Of a DNA stretch of 64,000 nucleotides, positions 21,276 through 31,986 are shown piece by piece. The stretch comes from Parachlamydiales bacterium (GTDB lineage Bacteria; Chlamydiota; Chlamydiia; Chlamydiales; SM23-39), in NCBI GenBank assembly GCA_050302075.1, contig JBNLAH010000003.1, positions 1 through 64,000 of the forward strand, given 5' to 3'. A program made the position numbers and the translations under genes. Under the pieces are notes generated by a model. The model saw only the letters and a list, made by a program, of their open reading frames with translations. It made no database searches and had not been told where the DNA came from. Within the stretch, counting starts at the first letter, position 1. Every line of letters begins with the position of its first letter.

Positions 21276-22136
21276 ATGATAATTTCATCAAAGTCATTTA
21301 AAAGCCCTCTTCCTTTTGATTATTATCAAATTGGATTTAGTAACCAGGTTGGTAAAACCTTGTTTCAAAAAATTTATACTGTATCAATCGAGGTGTTTCA
21401 AAATATCTACTATATAATATTTAACTCAGTAGCTTTACTAGCAAACACCCTGAAGCTTTATAAATTCAAAAAAAGGGAAATATATAGGCCCACAAAAAAA
21501 CAGTTCTTTAATTTTGCTTTTAACTATGCCCGCTATATGCTCTGGGCTATCAAAGTATATGGGCCAAATAAAGATTATTATAAGATACAAACCATTAGAA
21601 CTACCCTAAATTATTTCCTTTCGGGAATGGGAGTTTTTTTTAATTTTAAAGAATATATCAACAATCCAACAATTATACAAAAGAAGCTTGTAAGAAATCT
21701 CTTCTTTAATAAGATACTAATAGTTTCTACATTAATTAAGCTGAGACAAACAGTTAGAATAGTAAGAAATTCTGTTAAGTCTTTAAAAGACTGTAGAAAA
21801 ATTTATCACAAAAAACCAGAAGATGCTATGAAGTATTCTTTTGTACACATTTCTAATATTGCTTTTTCTACTCTTAGATTATGTAGAAGTGTTGTTTACG
21901 ATTATAATGCACTTACAGGACGTAACATAAAGCTTTTCAGATTTGATAATAGCATTATAAATTTGGGAGGAATTAGTAATATATTTAAACAGCTTGCACT
22001 TCCGTTTAAAAAGGAAGCCTCAAATACACAAAGGGATTTGCTAATTTTATCTTTGGTCACAGTATTTTCATGTTTGGCCCTACTAAAACATGAGATTAAA
22101 CAAAGAAAGCCTCAACAGCTTCCCCCAGAAGACTAA
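21276..22136 (+). CDS. Hypothetical basic protein with C-terminal hydrophobic segment
   Basis: 286-aa ORF after a very AT-rich intergenic region; no recognisable motif. Confidence 0.55.
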   Translation: MIISSKSFKSPLPFDYYQIGFSNQVGKTLFQKIYTVSIEVFQNIYYIIFNSVALLANTLKLYKFKKREIYRPTKKQFFNFAFNYARYMLWAIKVYGPNKDYYKIQTIRTTLNYFLSGMGVFFNFKEYINNPTIIQKKLVRNLFFNKILIVSTLIKLRQTVRIVRNSVKSLKDCRKIYHKKPEDAMKYSFVHISNIAFSTLRLCRSVVYDYNALTGRNIKLFRFDNSIINLGGISNIFKQLALPFKKEASNTQRDLLILSLVTVFSCLALLKHEIKQRKPQQLPPED

Positions 22137-22161
22137 AAAATTTATCCACAAATAATGGTGC

Positions 22162-22905
22162 TTATCTCAAGTAAGCTACTGTCGCATTTCTACCAGTTTT
22201 TTTATCGCTCCTATAAGAAAAATAGTCATTTAAGTTACAAGCGTTGCAGATGTCTGAAAGTTCAATATTTTGCTCTAGAATCCCTAGAGATAATAAATCG
22301 CTTTTAGCCATAGCTGAAAAATCAAAATGGTTCTCTTTTACTTGAAACGAAAAATATTTTTCCGGTAGATGCTTTTCATAATCTTTGAACTCGAAATGGT
22401 CTGAACAAAGGCATGGAGATATGCACACAATTAAATCTTCTGCTTTGCAACTTTCCTCTCGCTTCAATCCCTCAACACATACTTGATAAATATTATTAAC
22501 TAATCCTCTCCAACCTGCATGGACAAGGGCCAAAACTTTTTTGTTTGGGTCAAATATGACTGCAGCTTGACAGTCAGCATGAGTAATAGCTAGCGCTATA
22601 TTTCTTTTAGTTGTGAATAAGATATCAGCGCTAATACCATTCTCATTCCCCTCAACTCTTTTCATCTCAGTTGAATGCGTTTGATTCGCAAACACTATCT
22701 TAGGGACTTCCATAATATCTTTTATTAGTTCTCTATTTGACTTAACATTTTCAGAATGATCTCCCACATTATCTGCAGCATTCAAAGAAAAAAAAGGGCC
22801 CTTTGAAGTTCCCCCGTGTCTGGTAAAGACCTTTGCATCAACATCAGGATGCCCTAACAAAAGATCAAATTCTAACCATTCAATTTTATGACTTTCAGCT
22901 TCCAT
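22162..22905 (-). CDS. pgeF: YfiH/PgeF family (laccase-domain) protein
   Basis: FTRHGG.S, QTH, ADC, HAGWRG, FSYR. Confidence 0.88.
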   Translation of the reverse strand: MEAESHKIEWLEFDLLLGHPDVDAKVFTRHGGTSKGPFFSLNAADNVGDHSENVKSNRELIKDIMEVPKIVFANQTHSTEMKRVEGNENGISADILFTTKRNIALAITHADCQAAVIFDPNKKVLALVHAGWRGLVNNIYQVCVEGLKREESCKAEDLIVCISPCLCSDHFEFKDYEKHLPEKYFSFQVKENHFDFSAMAKSDLLSLGILEQNIELSDICNACNLNDYFSYRSDKKTGRNATVAYLR

Positions 22906-23028
22906 ATATTTTTTTCTTACGTTTTTTTATTCAAACTCTCATTTTTAAAAATTAATATCAATAACTAGCTTTTTAGCTATTGCATCTATTGAGTACTTTT
23001 TTTAAGAAGTAATTTAAAGGGGATATTT

Positions 23029-24456
23029 ATGCAAAGCATCTTAGAAAACAAATGCTTAGGATCATTTATTGATAATAACTTTGTCTGCGACAAGAAGATA
23101 AAAGCCTTTTCCTGTAAATCTGTTGTCACAGATGAAGTATGGATGAAATTATGCCCGGTTACAGAAAATCAAATCCAAAGAGCTATCAAAAGCTCTTATA
23201 AATGCTTTAATGACCTGAAAAAATTAAGTCATTACCATCGAAGAGACCTCTTGAACAAGGTAGCTGATATTATCGATTTGAATAAAGATATCATAGCAAG
23301 AGTTATTTCATCTGAGATGGGAAAAACATATAAAGAGTCTATTGATGAAATAAATTACGCTAATGAATATTTTAGGTGGTTTTCCTCAGAATCTATAAGC
23401 AGATCCGGGTATTGTTTACCATCCGAAAATCCCAATAAAAGAATTTCAGCAATTTATGAACCTATCGGAGTCTGTGGGATTATCACTCCTTGGAACTTCC
23501 CGATTGCTATGGCCGCTAGAAAAATTGCACCGGCTATTGCTGCTGGGTGTACAGTTTTAGTCAAGCCGGCCAGTGAAACTCCTATTACTATGTTGCTTGT
23601 AGCTGAAGCATTTAGAAAAGCTGGAATAGCACCAGGGGCTTTGCAAGTTTTAATTGGAGATGAAAAAGTAATTGGTGAATCTCTTTTAAACTCTAAATAC
23701 ATCAAAAAAATTAGCTTCACAGGCAGCTCTAAGACGGGAAAAATGTTATATCAAAGCCTTGCTAAAAACCTCAAAGTTGCAACAATGGAACTCGGAGGAA
23801 ATGCTCCTCTTATCATAACAAATGACGCAGAAATTGATACATCGGTCAATGAAACTATAAAAGCAAAGTTGAGAAACCTAGGACAGTCATGCGTTGCGGC
23901 AAATCGAATTTTTGTTCAAAAAAATATCAAAATGTTGTTTCTAAAAAAACTAAAAGAAAAAGTCAAAAAACTACAAACTGGCAACCCTTTTTCTAAAGAT
24001 GTAGATTTAACTAACATCCTACACCCAAAATCACTTAAGAAAATGCAAAGACACATAGACGATGCTCTGAAAAAGGGTGCAAAAATCCAGCTCAAAGGAA
24101 AAACCTTAGCGCATCCCTATATTCTAGATAACTGCACGGAACGTATGGATCTTTTTTCAGAAGAAACCTTTGGCCCTCTATTTGCTATCTTCGAATTTGA
24201 AACAGACTTTGAGGCTGTTGAATATGCAAATAAAAGTGAATATGGCCTAGCTGCTTATGTATTTACAAGGGACTTAAAAAGGGCTTATCTTTTTGCAGAA
24301 AATTTACAATGCGGAATGGTTGGAATTAACGATGGAGAATTCAGCAGTCACCAACTCCCATTTGGTGGAATTAAAAACTCAGGATTTGGAAGAGAAGGAG
24401 GTCCCTTTGGGATTTTTGAATACCTGACAGAAAAAGCTATTTCGACAAAGCTATAG
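23029..24456 (+). CDS. NAD(P)-dependent aldehyde dehydrogenase (GabD-like)
   Basis: ITPWNFP, FTGS, MELGGNAP, GQSCV, EETFGP, PFGGIKNSG. Confidence 0.9.
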   Translation: MQSILENKCLGSFIDNNFVCDKKIKAFSCKSVVTDEVWMKLCPVTENQIQRAIKSSYKCFNDLKKLSHYHRRDLLNKVADIIDLNKDIIARVISSEMGKTYKESIDEINYANEYFRWFSSESISRSGYCLPSENPNKRISAIYEPIGVCGIITPWNFPIAMAARKIAPAIAAGCTVLVKPASETPITMLLVAEAFRKAGIAPGALQVLIGDEKVIGESLLNSKYIKKISFTGSSKTGKMLYQSLAKNLKVATMELGGNAPLIITNDAEIDTSVNETIKAKLRNLGQSCVAANRIFVQKNIKMLFLKKLKEKVKKLQTGNPFSKDVDLTNILHPKSLKKMQRHIDDALKKGAKIQLKGKTLAHPYILDNCTERMDLFSEETFGPLFAIFEFETDFEAVEYANKSEYGLAAYVFTRDLKRAYLFAENLQCGMVGINDGEFSSHQLPFGGIKNSGFGREGGPFGIFEYLTEKAISTKL

Positions 24457-25761
24457 CTTTTTTAAAACACAACTAAATCCTCCGTCATAGCCATTCTCAT
24501 CCGGCAAAATTTTATTCAGCTTTCCATCTACTTGAAGAGAAAACCTTTGGCAAGCCTCTTCAATAATTTTTTCATTCTCATCTGCCAAGATACTGCAAGT
24601 TAGATACCAAATGCGCCCGTTTTCATCCATTAGATTGACAGCGTTTTTTAAGATTTCTTTTTGTAGACGACAAAGGCCATGTAAGTGGTCTTTAGTAAGC
24701 TTCCATCTAGCCTCTGCCCGCCTATTTAAAACACCGCTATTTGTGCAGGGGGCATCAACTATAACCAAATCAAAGCGTCTTTTTGGATTCAATTTTTCGG
24801 CAGGCTCACAAAAAAGACTTACGTCAAGCTGATATTTTTCTATATTTTCTTTTAGCATTTCTAGCCGAGTAGGCGAAACATCATTCGCATAAAGCACTGC
24901 GCCTGGATATAAATCAAAGGCTGCAAGTAGCTTCCCACCGGGTGATGAGCAAAGATCAATAATAGATGTTGGGTTTTTTACCTTTAAAGATAGAAAATCA
25001 ATGAGCTTAGACTGTGTTAAACTCTGAAAATAGTAGTCAGGATCATTTTTTAAAGTTTCAATTAGCTTCAGATTTTTTAGCCGATACAACGAAAACTCTT
25101 TTTCATAGATAACATCAGCATCCTCTTTTTTGAGCTTAGTGTTGTTTACTTTATTTCTTTTTTTGACAAATATCTGAGGAGCTTTATTCATCGCTTTTAA
25201 AATATCCTCGGCTTGTTTTACATCAAACTGATGAGATAGCAACTCTACAAAATATCTTGGGTATGAATATCGAATATCAAGCTCTTTACTTTGCTTAAAA
25301 GCCTTAGGATCTAATTTCCTAAGCAGAGCATTAAAAAAAGCACCTGTTTTAAAAGATATCACCTTTTTTGCTAACGCAACGCTTTCATCAACTATTGCAT
25401 AAAATGGTATTCTATCCATGAAGCACATTTGATAAAGTGAAATACGTAAAATTATTTTTTCCCTTAGCTTAAGTCTATTGATATTCTCAATTTGTTTTGC
25501 ATAGTAGTCGATTGAGAGCTTCCTTTTGACCACCCCATACGCAATTTCTTGGGCCAATTGATAATCTACATCTTTGGGAAACGATGTTTTTTTCCATTCC
25601 TTCAAGGACTTGTCAATTTTTTTCCCAGTTTTTTCATAGTCTAAAAGCGCCGAAAAGCTCGCATGACGTGGATTAATAAATGCTTGCTTGGGCTTCGAGA
25701 TCGGATATTCTCTGTTTTTGAAATTCATCTTTTTCATCAATTTTTGTAGGGTATCTTCCAT
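24451..25761 (-). CDS. rsmB: 16S rRNA m5C methyltransferase RsmB/Sun with NusB-like N-terminal domain
   Basis: DLCSSPGGK, VDAPCTNSG, YLTCSI..ENE; true start probably downstream, since the ORF overlaps purF. Confidence 0.85.
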   Translation of the reverse strand: MEDTLQKLMKKMNFKNREYPISKPKQAFINPRHASFSALLDYEKTGKKIDKSLKEWKKTSFPKDVDYQLAQEIAYGVVKRKLSIDYYAKQIENINRLKLREKIILRISLYQMCFMDRIPFYAIVDESVALAKKVISFKTGAFFNALLRKLDPKAFKQSKELDIRYSYPRYFVELLSHQFDVKQAEDILKAMNKAPQIFVKKRNKVNNTKLKKEDADVIYEKEFSLYRLKNLKLIETLKNDPDYYFQSLTQSKLIDFLSLKVKNPTSIIDLCSSPGGKLLAAFDLYPGAVLYANDVSPTRLEMLKENIEKYQLDVSLFCEPAEKLNPKRRFDLVIVDAPCTNSGVLNRRAEARWKLTKDHLHGLCRLQKEILKNAVNLMDENGRIWYLTCSILADENEKIIEEACQRFSLQVDGKLNKILPDENGYDGGFSCVLKKL

Positions 25762-27094
25762 CTAGGCATGCAGTACATATTCCATCTAAGTTTATTACTT
25801 TTTTTAAGTCAGAAATATCATTATATATTACTTCATCAGCCTCAATCTTTGCAGCAATATTAACATCTATTAAGTTTGCAGCAATTAATTGCTTTGGCTC
25901 TGGGAAATCTATTCCGTAAAAACAAGGATGGGTAATTGGTGGATATGTAGATGCAAAGAAAATCTTTTTAGCCCCTGCTTTTCTCACTAAATTTACTACT
26001 TTTTTTGAAACTGTTCCTCTTACAATACTATCATCTACCAAAATAACACTTTTATTTTTAAAAACAGATTCTATGACAACCCATTTTCGAGCTGCTAAAC
26101 TCTCTCTCATAAACTGATTGGCAGCAATAAATGTCCTTCCAACGTCTGCTTGTTTAAGCAGTCCCATTTCAACTGGTATATTAAGTGCATATCCTAAAGC
26201 AAGTGCTGCAGGAGTCCCAGTATCAGGGACTGGAACCACGACATCTGCTGTAATTTTTTTCTTTAAAAAATGAGTAGCTAGACATTTACCTAAATTTGCC
26301 CTTGCTCGATAAATCTCATTTTTCTCAATTAAAGACACTGGACTTGCAAAATAATTAAATTCAAAGCTGCAAACAGTTTTTGAGCTATTCATTAATTTCT
26401 TTTTAGCTATGTTTTTATCTTTGTCAATGAAAATAAGTTCAGCAGGCCTCAGATCAAAAATCGTATCGCATTCATTTAAAGTAAGTGGATACGACTCCGA
26501 TGAGAAACAAAATTTCCCTTTACTATTTTTTATTCCCATCAAAAGAGGCCTAAGGCCTTTTGGATCTCTAAAAGCTATCATTCCAATATCTTTGATCAAT
26601 AAAACAATAGAATAAGAGCCTTGAACCTCTAAGAAAATTCTCTTTACAACTTTTGCAATCTCATCAAATGTTATTTTTTTACCCGATAAGTTATCAAAAT
26701 AATGCAATAAAACTTCAGCATCACTTTTACTCTTAAATCTATGTCCCCTTAATTCAAACATCTGCTTCAAAGACAAATAGTTAACAATATTTCCATTGTA
26801 AGCAATTGCAAACTCTTTTCTTTTTAGAGGCTGTACTTCTGACGCTTCCCCGATTCCTGATGTAGCGTATCTAACATGTGCTATTCCCCATGTTTGCATG
26901 CTATTTGGCTTATAAAATCTTGAGAATACTTGTCTTACCAAACCCAAATCTTTATGAAGTACCTCATTTTTATGCTGCCTATCAAGAGTATATAATCCAG
27001 CCGCATCTTGACCTCTATGCTGCAAAAACCTGAGACTTTTAATTAAAGATTGAGTGACATCACAACTATCTACAATACCAAAAATTCCACACAT
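25673..27094 (-). CDS. purF: Amidophosphoribosyltransferase
   Basis: MCGIFG, LQHRGQD, HVRYAT, VDDSIVRGT. Confidence 0.96.
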   Translation of the reverse strand: MCGIFGIVDSCDVTQSLIKSLRFLQHRGQDAAGLYTLDRQHKNEVLHKDLGLVRQVFSRFYKPNSMQTWGIAHVRYATSGIGEASEVQPLKRKEFAIAYNGNIVNYLSLKQMFELRGHRFKSKSDAEVLLHYFDNLSGKKITFDEIAKVVKRIFLEVQGSYSIVLLIKDIGMIAFRDPKGLRPLLMGIKNSKGKFCFSSESYPLTLNECDTIFDLRPAELIFIDKDKNIAKKKLMNSSKTVCSFEFNYFASPVSLIEKNEIYRARANLGKCLATHFLKKKITADVVVPVPDTGTPAALALGYALNIPVEMGLLKQADVGRTFIAANQFMRESLAARKWVVIESVFKNKSVILVDDSIVRGTVSKKVVNLVRKAGAKKIFFASTYPPITHPCFYGIDFPEPKQLIAANLIDVNIAAKIEADEVIYNDISDLKKVINLDGICTACLDGRYPTKIDEKDEFQKQRISDLEAQASIY

Positions 27095-27103
27095 AAAGCT
27101 TAC

Positions 27104-27853
27104 TCACATTTCATATCCACTTGAAGATAAACTATTTCCATCAACATAAATTCTCCCATCAATGAGAACTACCTCTTTAGATTGTAAAAGATCAATAGCT
27201 CTAATAAGAGCTGGATGATCACTTACAAATTTTTGCCTTTCTTGATGTTTTTCAATCGAGTCGTCATTAATCGGATATTTTCCAAGATAAGTAACCCATG
27301 GGCCCGATACAAAGATTGGGCCTGTATCTACTCCTTCATCAATAAAAATAATTGATGATCTAGTTCTTTTCATTTGATCTTGCAAGGCCAGCTTTATTGC
27401 ATTTGATCCCACATAAGCTCTTTTTTGGTTTACTGTATATGTTAGATCAGCTGGGTGTACATTGATAATTTTCCCCTGATAAGCTTTCAAGATTGATCCT
27501 TTAATAAGACGCATGTACCCAGCTAAGACTATATAATCTATCTGAAAAGCTTTTAGCTTTTCTAATAGTCTTTTTTCATAAATCTCATGATAGTTATTCG
27601 GATATTTTTCTTTGATTGATTGATATGAGATGTAGATAAGTGGGATGCCTTCAGCTTGCGCAATCTTTTGGCAATTGCATTTTCTATCAGTTACAATTAC
27701 TTTAATATGAATGTTTGGCTTTTCTTTTTGAGCGCAAAGTAGTGCTGTTAAATTTGAGCCGCTTTTAGATCCAAAAACAGCTAGGTTAAGTATTTTCTTT
27801 TTGTTGCCGCCTATTTTGCTAGGATGGGCAGAGTTTAAATGTTTTATTTGCAA
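27104..27853 (-). CDS. purN: Phosphoribosylglycinamide formyltransferase
   Basis: GSKSGSNL, LAGYMR, INVHPA, VDTGPI. Confidence 0.85.
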   Translation of the reverse strand: MQIKHLNSAHPSKIGGNKKKILNLAVFGSKSGSNLTALLCAQKEKPNIHIKVIVTDRKCNCQKIAQAEGIPLIYISYQSIKEKYPNNYHEIYEKRLLEKLKAFQIDYIVLAGYMRLIKGSILKAYQGKIINVHPADLTYTVNQKRAYVGSNAIKLALQDQMKRTRSSIIFIDEGVDTGPIFVSGPWVTYLGKYPINDDSIEKHQERQKFVSDHPALIRAIDLLQSKEVVLIDGRIYVDGNSLSSSGYEM

Positions 27854-29099
27854 TATCTTTCCGATAGTGCGCTCCCTTAAACTTAATTTTTCTTACTTGC
27901 TTATAGGCTTTTTGTCTTGCAGCTTCTAAACTGCTATCAAAGGCACACACAGACAATACCCTCCCTCCAGCTGTCATATATGGACTTCCATAACTTCTTT
28001 TAGTCCCAGCATGAAAAATATATGTACCCTCTATTTGATCATTCAAACCACTTATCTCAAAGCCGGTCTGGTATGTATTTGGATATCCTCTAGAGGCCAT
28101 TACCACACAACAGGCACTTCTATCATCCCAATGAATCTCTTCATCAAATCTGTTATTGATACATTTTTTCATAACTGAATATAAGTCACTTTTCAAAAGA
28201 GGTAGAACAGCTTGTGTTTCGGGATCACCAAACCGGCAGTTGAACTCTAGAACATTAATAGAATCACCTGAAATCATTAATCCAGCGTATAAAACACCAA
28301 CATATTCAATATTATTTTTGATTAAGCCTTGCATAGTTCTGTCGAATACTTTTTCTTGGATCATTTGCAATGTATGTCTATCAAGAAAGGGAACAGGAGC
28401 ATATGCTCCCATACCACCAGTGTTAGGTCCCTTTGCAGCTTCATAGAGTCTTTTATAGTCTTGAGCCGGGAGCATCATGTAAGCTTTCTTTCCATCGCAA
28501 AAGGCCATCACAGATACTTCCTCACCAACCAACCTTTCTTCGATTACAATTTTATTTCCAGCGCTAGAAAAGTATTTATCTTTCATAATCAGGTCAATTG
28601 CAAGATTTGCCTCGCTAATCGTGTCACAAACCATTACTCCTTTTCCAGCTGTCAACCCATCTGGTTTAATAACAACACCAAGGCCTTCTTTAAAGATTTT
28701 TAAAAGCTGCTTTTTTGCATCTTTTAAACTGCTAGAAACTATAAATTTGGAAGTTGGGATATTTTCATTCTGCATGAAATTTTTAGACCAGGCTTTGCTC
28801 GACTCAATTATTGCAGCTTTTTTTACCGGCCCGAAAAACTTTAAGTTATTTTTTTTAAAAATATCTGCTATTCCATTAGTTAAAAACTTTTCACTCGCAG
28901 CTACTGTCAAATCAACTGAGAATCTAATTGCAACGTTGCAAACTTGTTCAAAGTCATTTTCATCGACATCTTGTATCGTTTCTGCAATTTCCTGGATCCC
29001 ACTGTTGCCTGGCAGACAATATACGGCATGGTCTTGCCTATAAAATGTGTGTGCTAAGGCATGTTCTCTAGCTCCGCTTCCTAATATTAGTATTTTCAT
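27819..29099 (-). CDS. purD: Phosphoribosylamine-glycine ligase
   Basis: GSGAREHAL, GPNTGGMG, EFNCRFGDPE. Confidence 0.96.
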   Translation of the reverse strand: MKILILGSGAREHALAHTFYRQDHAVYCLPGNSGIQEIAETIQDVDENDFEQVCNVAIRFSVDLTVAASEKFLTNGIADIFKKNNLKFFGPVKKAAIIESSKAWSKNFMQNENIPTSKFIVSSSLKDAKKQLLKIFKEGLGVVIKPDGLTAGKGVMVCDTISEANLAIDLIMKDKYFSSAGNKIVIEERLVGEEVSVMAFCDGKKAYMMLPAQDYKRLYEAAKGPNTGGMGAYAPVPFLDRHTLQMIQEKVFDRTMQGLIKNNIEYVGVLYAGLMISGDSINVLEFNCRFGDPETQAVLPLLKSDLYSVMKKCINNRFDEEIHWDDRSACCVVMASRGYPNTYQTGFEISGLNDQIEGTYIFHAGTKRSYGSPYMTAGGRVLSVCAFDSSLEAARQKAYKQVRKIKFKGAHYRKDIANKTFKLCPS

Positions 29100-29100
29100 C

Positions 29101-30318
29101 TTACCTCAGATTTTTCAGTTTTCTAATAGCTGACATTGCAGCACTTTTAGGATCCATTAACTGAGTAAATATGGCAGGCCAATTGCAAAAACCCTCTATA
29201 GTTTTTAAAGAACTAAAGTTTTCTGAATGAAAAATGTAGACCACAGGTTCAATTGAATAATTATATTTGGAAATTGCGTCTTTTAGTGCTTGCCCATCAA
29301 ATTTAATTTTTATAATTTTATGGGGAATCTGGTAATCATTTAAAGTCCTGCTAATAATTTCATCAGATAAATTCTCATCAATACATACTAAAGCAAAATA
29401 TCCACATATTAGCTTAGCATCGACCAACCTTTGTAAAATCCTCTTTCTTGGACTTACTGTCTCTTGTCTTAGTTTTTCTTTTGTAATTGACTGAAAGACT
29501 TTAAGATATTTTTCCCGCGCCATCTCTTTAATATCTTCAGGCAAAGTAAAGCTTTTTTGTCCTACTTTGAAACCACTTTTAATCAAATACTGCCTGATAA
29601 ACTCTTTACTTTGATGTTCGTATTTTTTTTCATCATAATCTTCTTTAAACCAAAATCTAGACGAATCTGGAGTATGAAGTTCATCAATCAATACTAACTT
29701 ATCACTTTCATCTAGCCCAAATTCATATTTAGTATCTACTAAGATCATATTGCACTTGTCTAAAACTTCTTGCCCCCTTTTAAATAAAGCTAGTGAAGTT
29801 TTCTCGATTTTTTGAAAAATTTCTTCACTGACAATTTTTCTACTAAGGATTTCTGCTTTGGAAATATCTTCATCATGACCATCCTCAGTTTTAGTTGTCG
29901 GGGTAATTATCGGATATTCAAGCTCTTGGTTTTCTCTCAAATCCTTGGGAAGCCTTAGACCGCACTTTTCTTTTTTGCCTTCCTTGTAGTCTTTCCAAAG
30001 TGATCCTGAAACATACTTTCTAACAATTATTTCAATTGGAATTGCTCTACATTTTTTTACTACCATTACATTAGGGTCAGGAGAAAAAATCAGGTGATTT
30101 TCAATAATGTCTTTAGTTCTTTCAAACCAAAAAAGTGAGAGTTGGGTTAAGGTTTTTCCTTTATCTAAAATTGGATCACTTGAAACTACATCAAACGCAG
30201 AAACTCGATCACTTGCAATCAATATCAGCTTGTTTTGAAAAGTGTAGATATCTCTAACTTTTCCCTTTTTTCTATCACCAAGTTCAGGTATGAACGATGC
30301 TATAATTCCTTCACTCAC
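29101..30318 (-). CDS. purC: SAICAR synthase with ~110-aa C-terminal PurE-like extension
   Basis: KGKVRDIY, SDRVSAFD, LVDTKYEFG, DELHTPDSSRFW. Confidence 0.93.
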   Translation of the reverse strand: MSEGIIASFIPELGDRKKGKVRDIYTFQNKLILIASDRVSAFDVVSSDPILDKGKTLTQLSLFWFERTKDIIENHLIFSPDPNVMVVKKCRAIPIEIIVRKYVSGSLWKDYKEGKKEKCGLRLPKDLRENQELEYPIITPTTKTEDGHDEDISKAEILSRKIVSEEIFQKIEKTSLALFKRGQEVLDKCNMILVDTKYEFGLDESDKLVLIDELHTPDSSRFWFKEDYDEKKYEHQSKEFIRQYLIKSGFKVGQKSFTLPEDIKEMAREKYLKVFQSITKEKLRQETVSPRKRILQRLVDAKLICGYFALVCIDENLSDEIISRTLNDYQIPHKIIKIKFDGQALKDAISKYNYSIEPVVYIFHSENFSSLKTIEGFCNWPAIFTQLMDPKSAAMSAIRKLKNLR

Positions 30319-30381
30319 TATAGTCTCTGTAAAATAATATTTTTAAAATATTAACCAAAACGTTTTTTAAATCCAGTTAAC

Positions 30382-31986
30382 TTAATGAGAAAAAAGCCTT
30401 TGGCCTGTAAAAATCATTCCAATTTGGCATTCATCTGCCTTTTCAATTACTTCAAAATCTTTTTTTGCCCCTCCCGGCTGCACTATCCACTTGATATTAG
30501 CCCTATTTGCCGATTCGACACTATCGACAAATGGGAAAAAGCCATCACTTGCTAATACACATTCCCTCATATCTTTACACATTTTAGCGGCTTTTGGAAT
30601 AGCTAGAAGCTCCATACTATCAATGCGATTAGGTTGCCCTGAGCCTATCCCAATCGTTTGATAACAACTATCGTTAACTTTTCTTCCTATAACAATTGCA
30701 TTGGATTTAACATACTTTGTAGCAATTAAGCTGAATGCTACAAGTTCTTTTAGCTCGTTAGGAAAAACGACTTTTGTTACTAATCCCTTCCTAAAGCCTT
30801 CCCCTCCAGCAAAAAGATCATCAATATCTTGCATACTAATTTCACTTAAAGGTGTTTGTGAAATCACTCCTCCGCTTATTTTTTTAAATAACGTTGTTTG
30901 TTTTTCAAAGTCAGAGACAATCAACCTAAGCATAGGTTTATGCTCTTTCGCCCATTTTACAAAGGAGTTTGAAAAGTCTTTGGCAATTATTACCTCAATA
31001 AATTTATTTTTTACGACTTCACATAGGTCTTCTTTAACACTTTCATTTATTGCAATCACACTACCAAATGCAGATTTGCTATCAGCCTCCCAAGCAAGCT
31101 CAAAGGCTTCTTTCACTGTTTTTGCAGTAGCAAGCCCACATAAAGATCCATGTTTAACGACTGATACGGATATTTGATCTAGCATTTCTTTCAAGTCTAT
31201 AACAGCATTCGATGCAATTGTTGCATCTTCATAATTGTTATATGACAGCTCTTTGCCTGATATCACTTCTGAATGAGCTATTCCTTTCTCATCTTTTAAC
31301 TGGAAAAGCCATCCTTTCTGATCTGGATTTTCCCCATAGCGAAGCTTTTTTTGATTGTAAAAGGTAAAATAGGAAACCAGGTCTTCTCCTTGCTTAGAAG
31401 AAAACTCACTTGCTATCATAGTTTCATACTCAGCTGTTAGCTTAAAAGCTTTTGCAGCCAACATGGATCTAGTCTTTAAGGAAAGACTCCCTTTAAGGGC
31501 TTTTACTTCCTCTAACACTTTAAAATAATCAGAGACAGAAGTAAGCACAGCTACATTTTTATAGTTTTTTGCTGCAGCCCTGATTAAGGTAGGCCCCCCG
31601 ATATCAATAAATTCGATTAGTTCTTCTAAAGGTAGATTTAGATTTTTTGCACTTTTAAAATCATATAAATTACATATCACCATATCAAATGGCTTGATGT
31701 CTAATTTGCTTGCCTCCTTTAAATCCTTTGCTTTATCAAGCAAAATACCACCCGCAATTTTAGGGTGAAGTGTTTTGACCCTACCTGAAAAGCACTCCTC
31801 AAATCCAGTGTAATCTGCTACTGAAGTCGGGTTAAGATTATTTTCCTTTAGGTACTTCAGAGTAGATCCAGAAGCTATTACCTTTAATGTTGGTTGAGCC
31901 GACATTAGCCCTTTAATAAATTTAGCAAGATTATTTTTATCTGTAACACTTGTCAAAATGTTGTAGATTGGGAGGTCTTCCATCAA
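30382..31986 (-). CDS. purH: Bifunctional AICAR transformylase/IMP cyclohydrolase
   Basis: GRVKTLHP, IDIGGPTL, LRYGENP, ASDGFFPF. Confidence 0.96.
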   Translation of the reverse strand: MMEDLPIYNILTSVTDKNNLAKFIKGLMSAQPTLKVIASGSTLKYLKENNLNPTSVADYTGFEECFSGRVKTLHPKIAGGILLDKAKDLKEASKLDIKPFDMVICNLYDFKSAKNLNLPLEELIEFIDIGGPTLIRAAAKNYKNVAVLTSVSDYFKVLEEVKALKGSLSLKTRSMLAAKAFKLTAEYETMIASEFSSKQGEDLVSYFTFYNQKKLRYGENPDQKGWLFQLKDEKGIAHSEVISGKELSYNNYEDATIASNAVIDLKEMLDQISVSVVKHGSLCGLATAKTVKEAFELAWEADSKSAFGSVIAINESVKEDLCEVVKNKFIEVIIAKDFSNSFVKWAKEHKPMLRLIVSDFEKQTTLFKKISGGVISQTPLSEISMQDIDDLFAGGEGFRKGLVTKVVFPNELKELVAFSLIATKYVKSNAIVIGRKVNDSCYQTIGIGSGQPNRIDSMELLAIPKAAKMCKDMRECVLASDGFFPFVDSVESANRANIKWIVQPGGAKKDFEVIEKADECQIGMIFTGQRLFSH

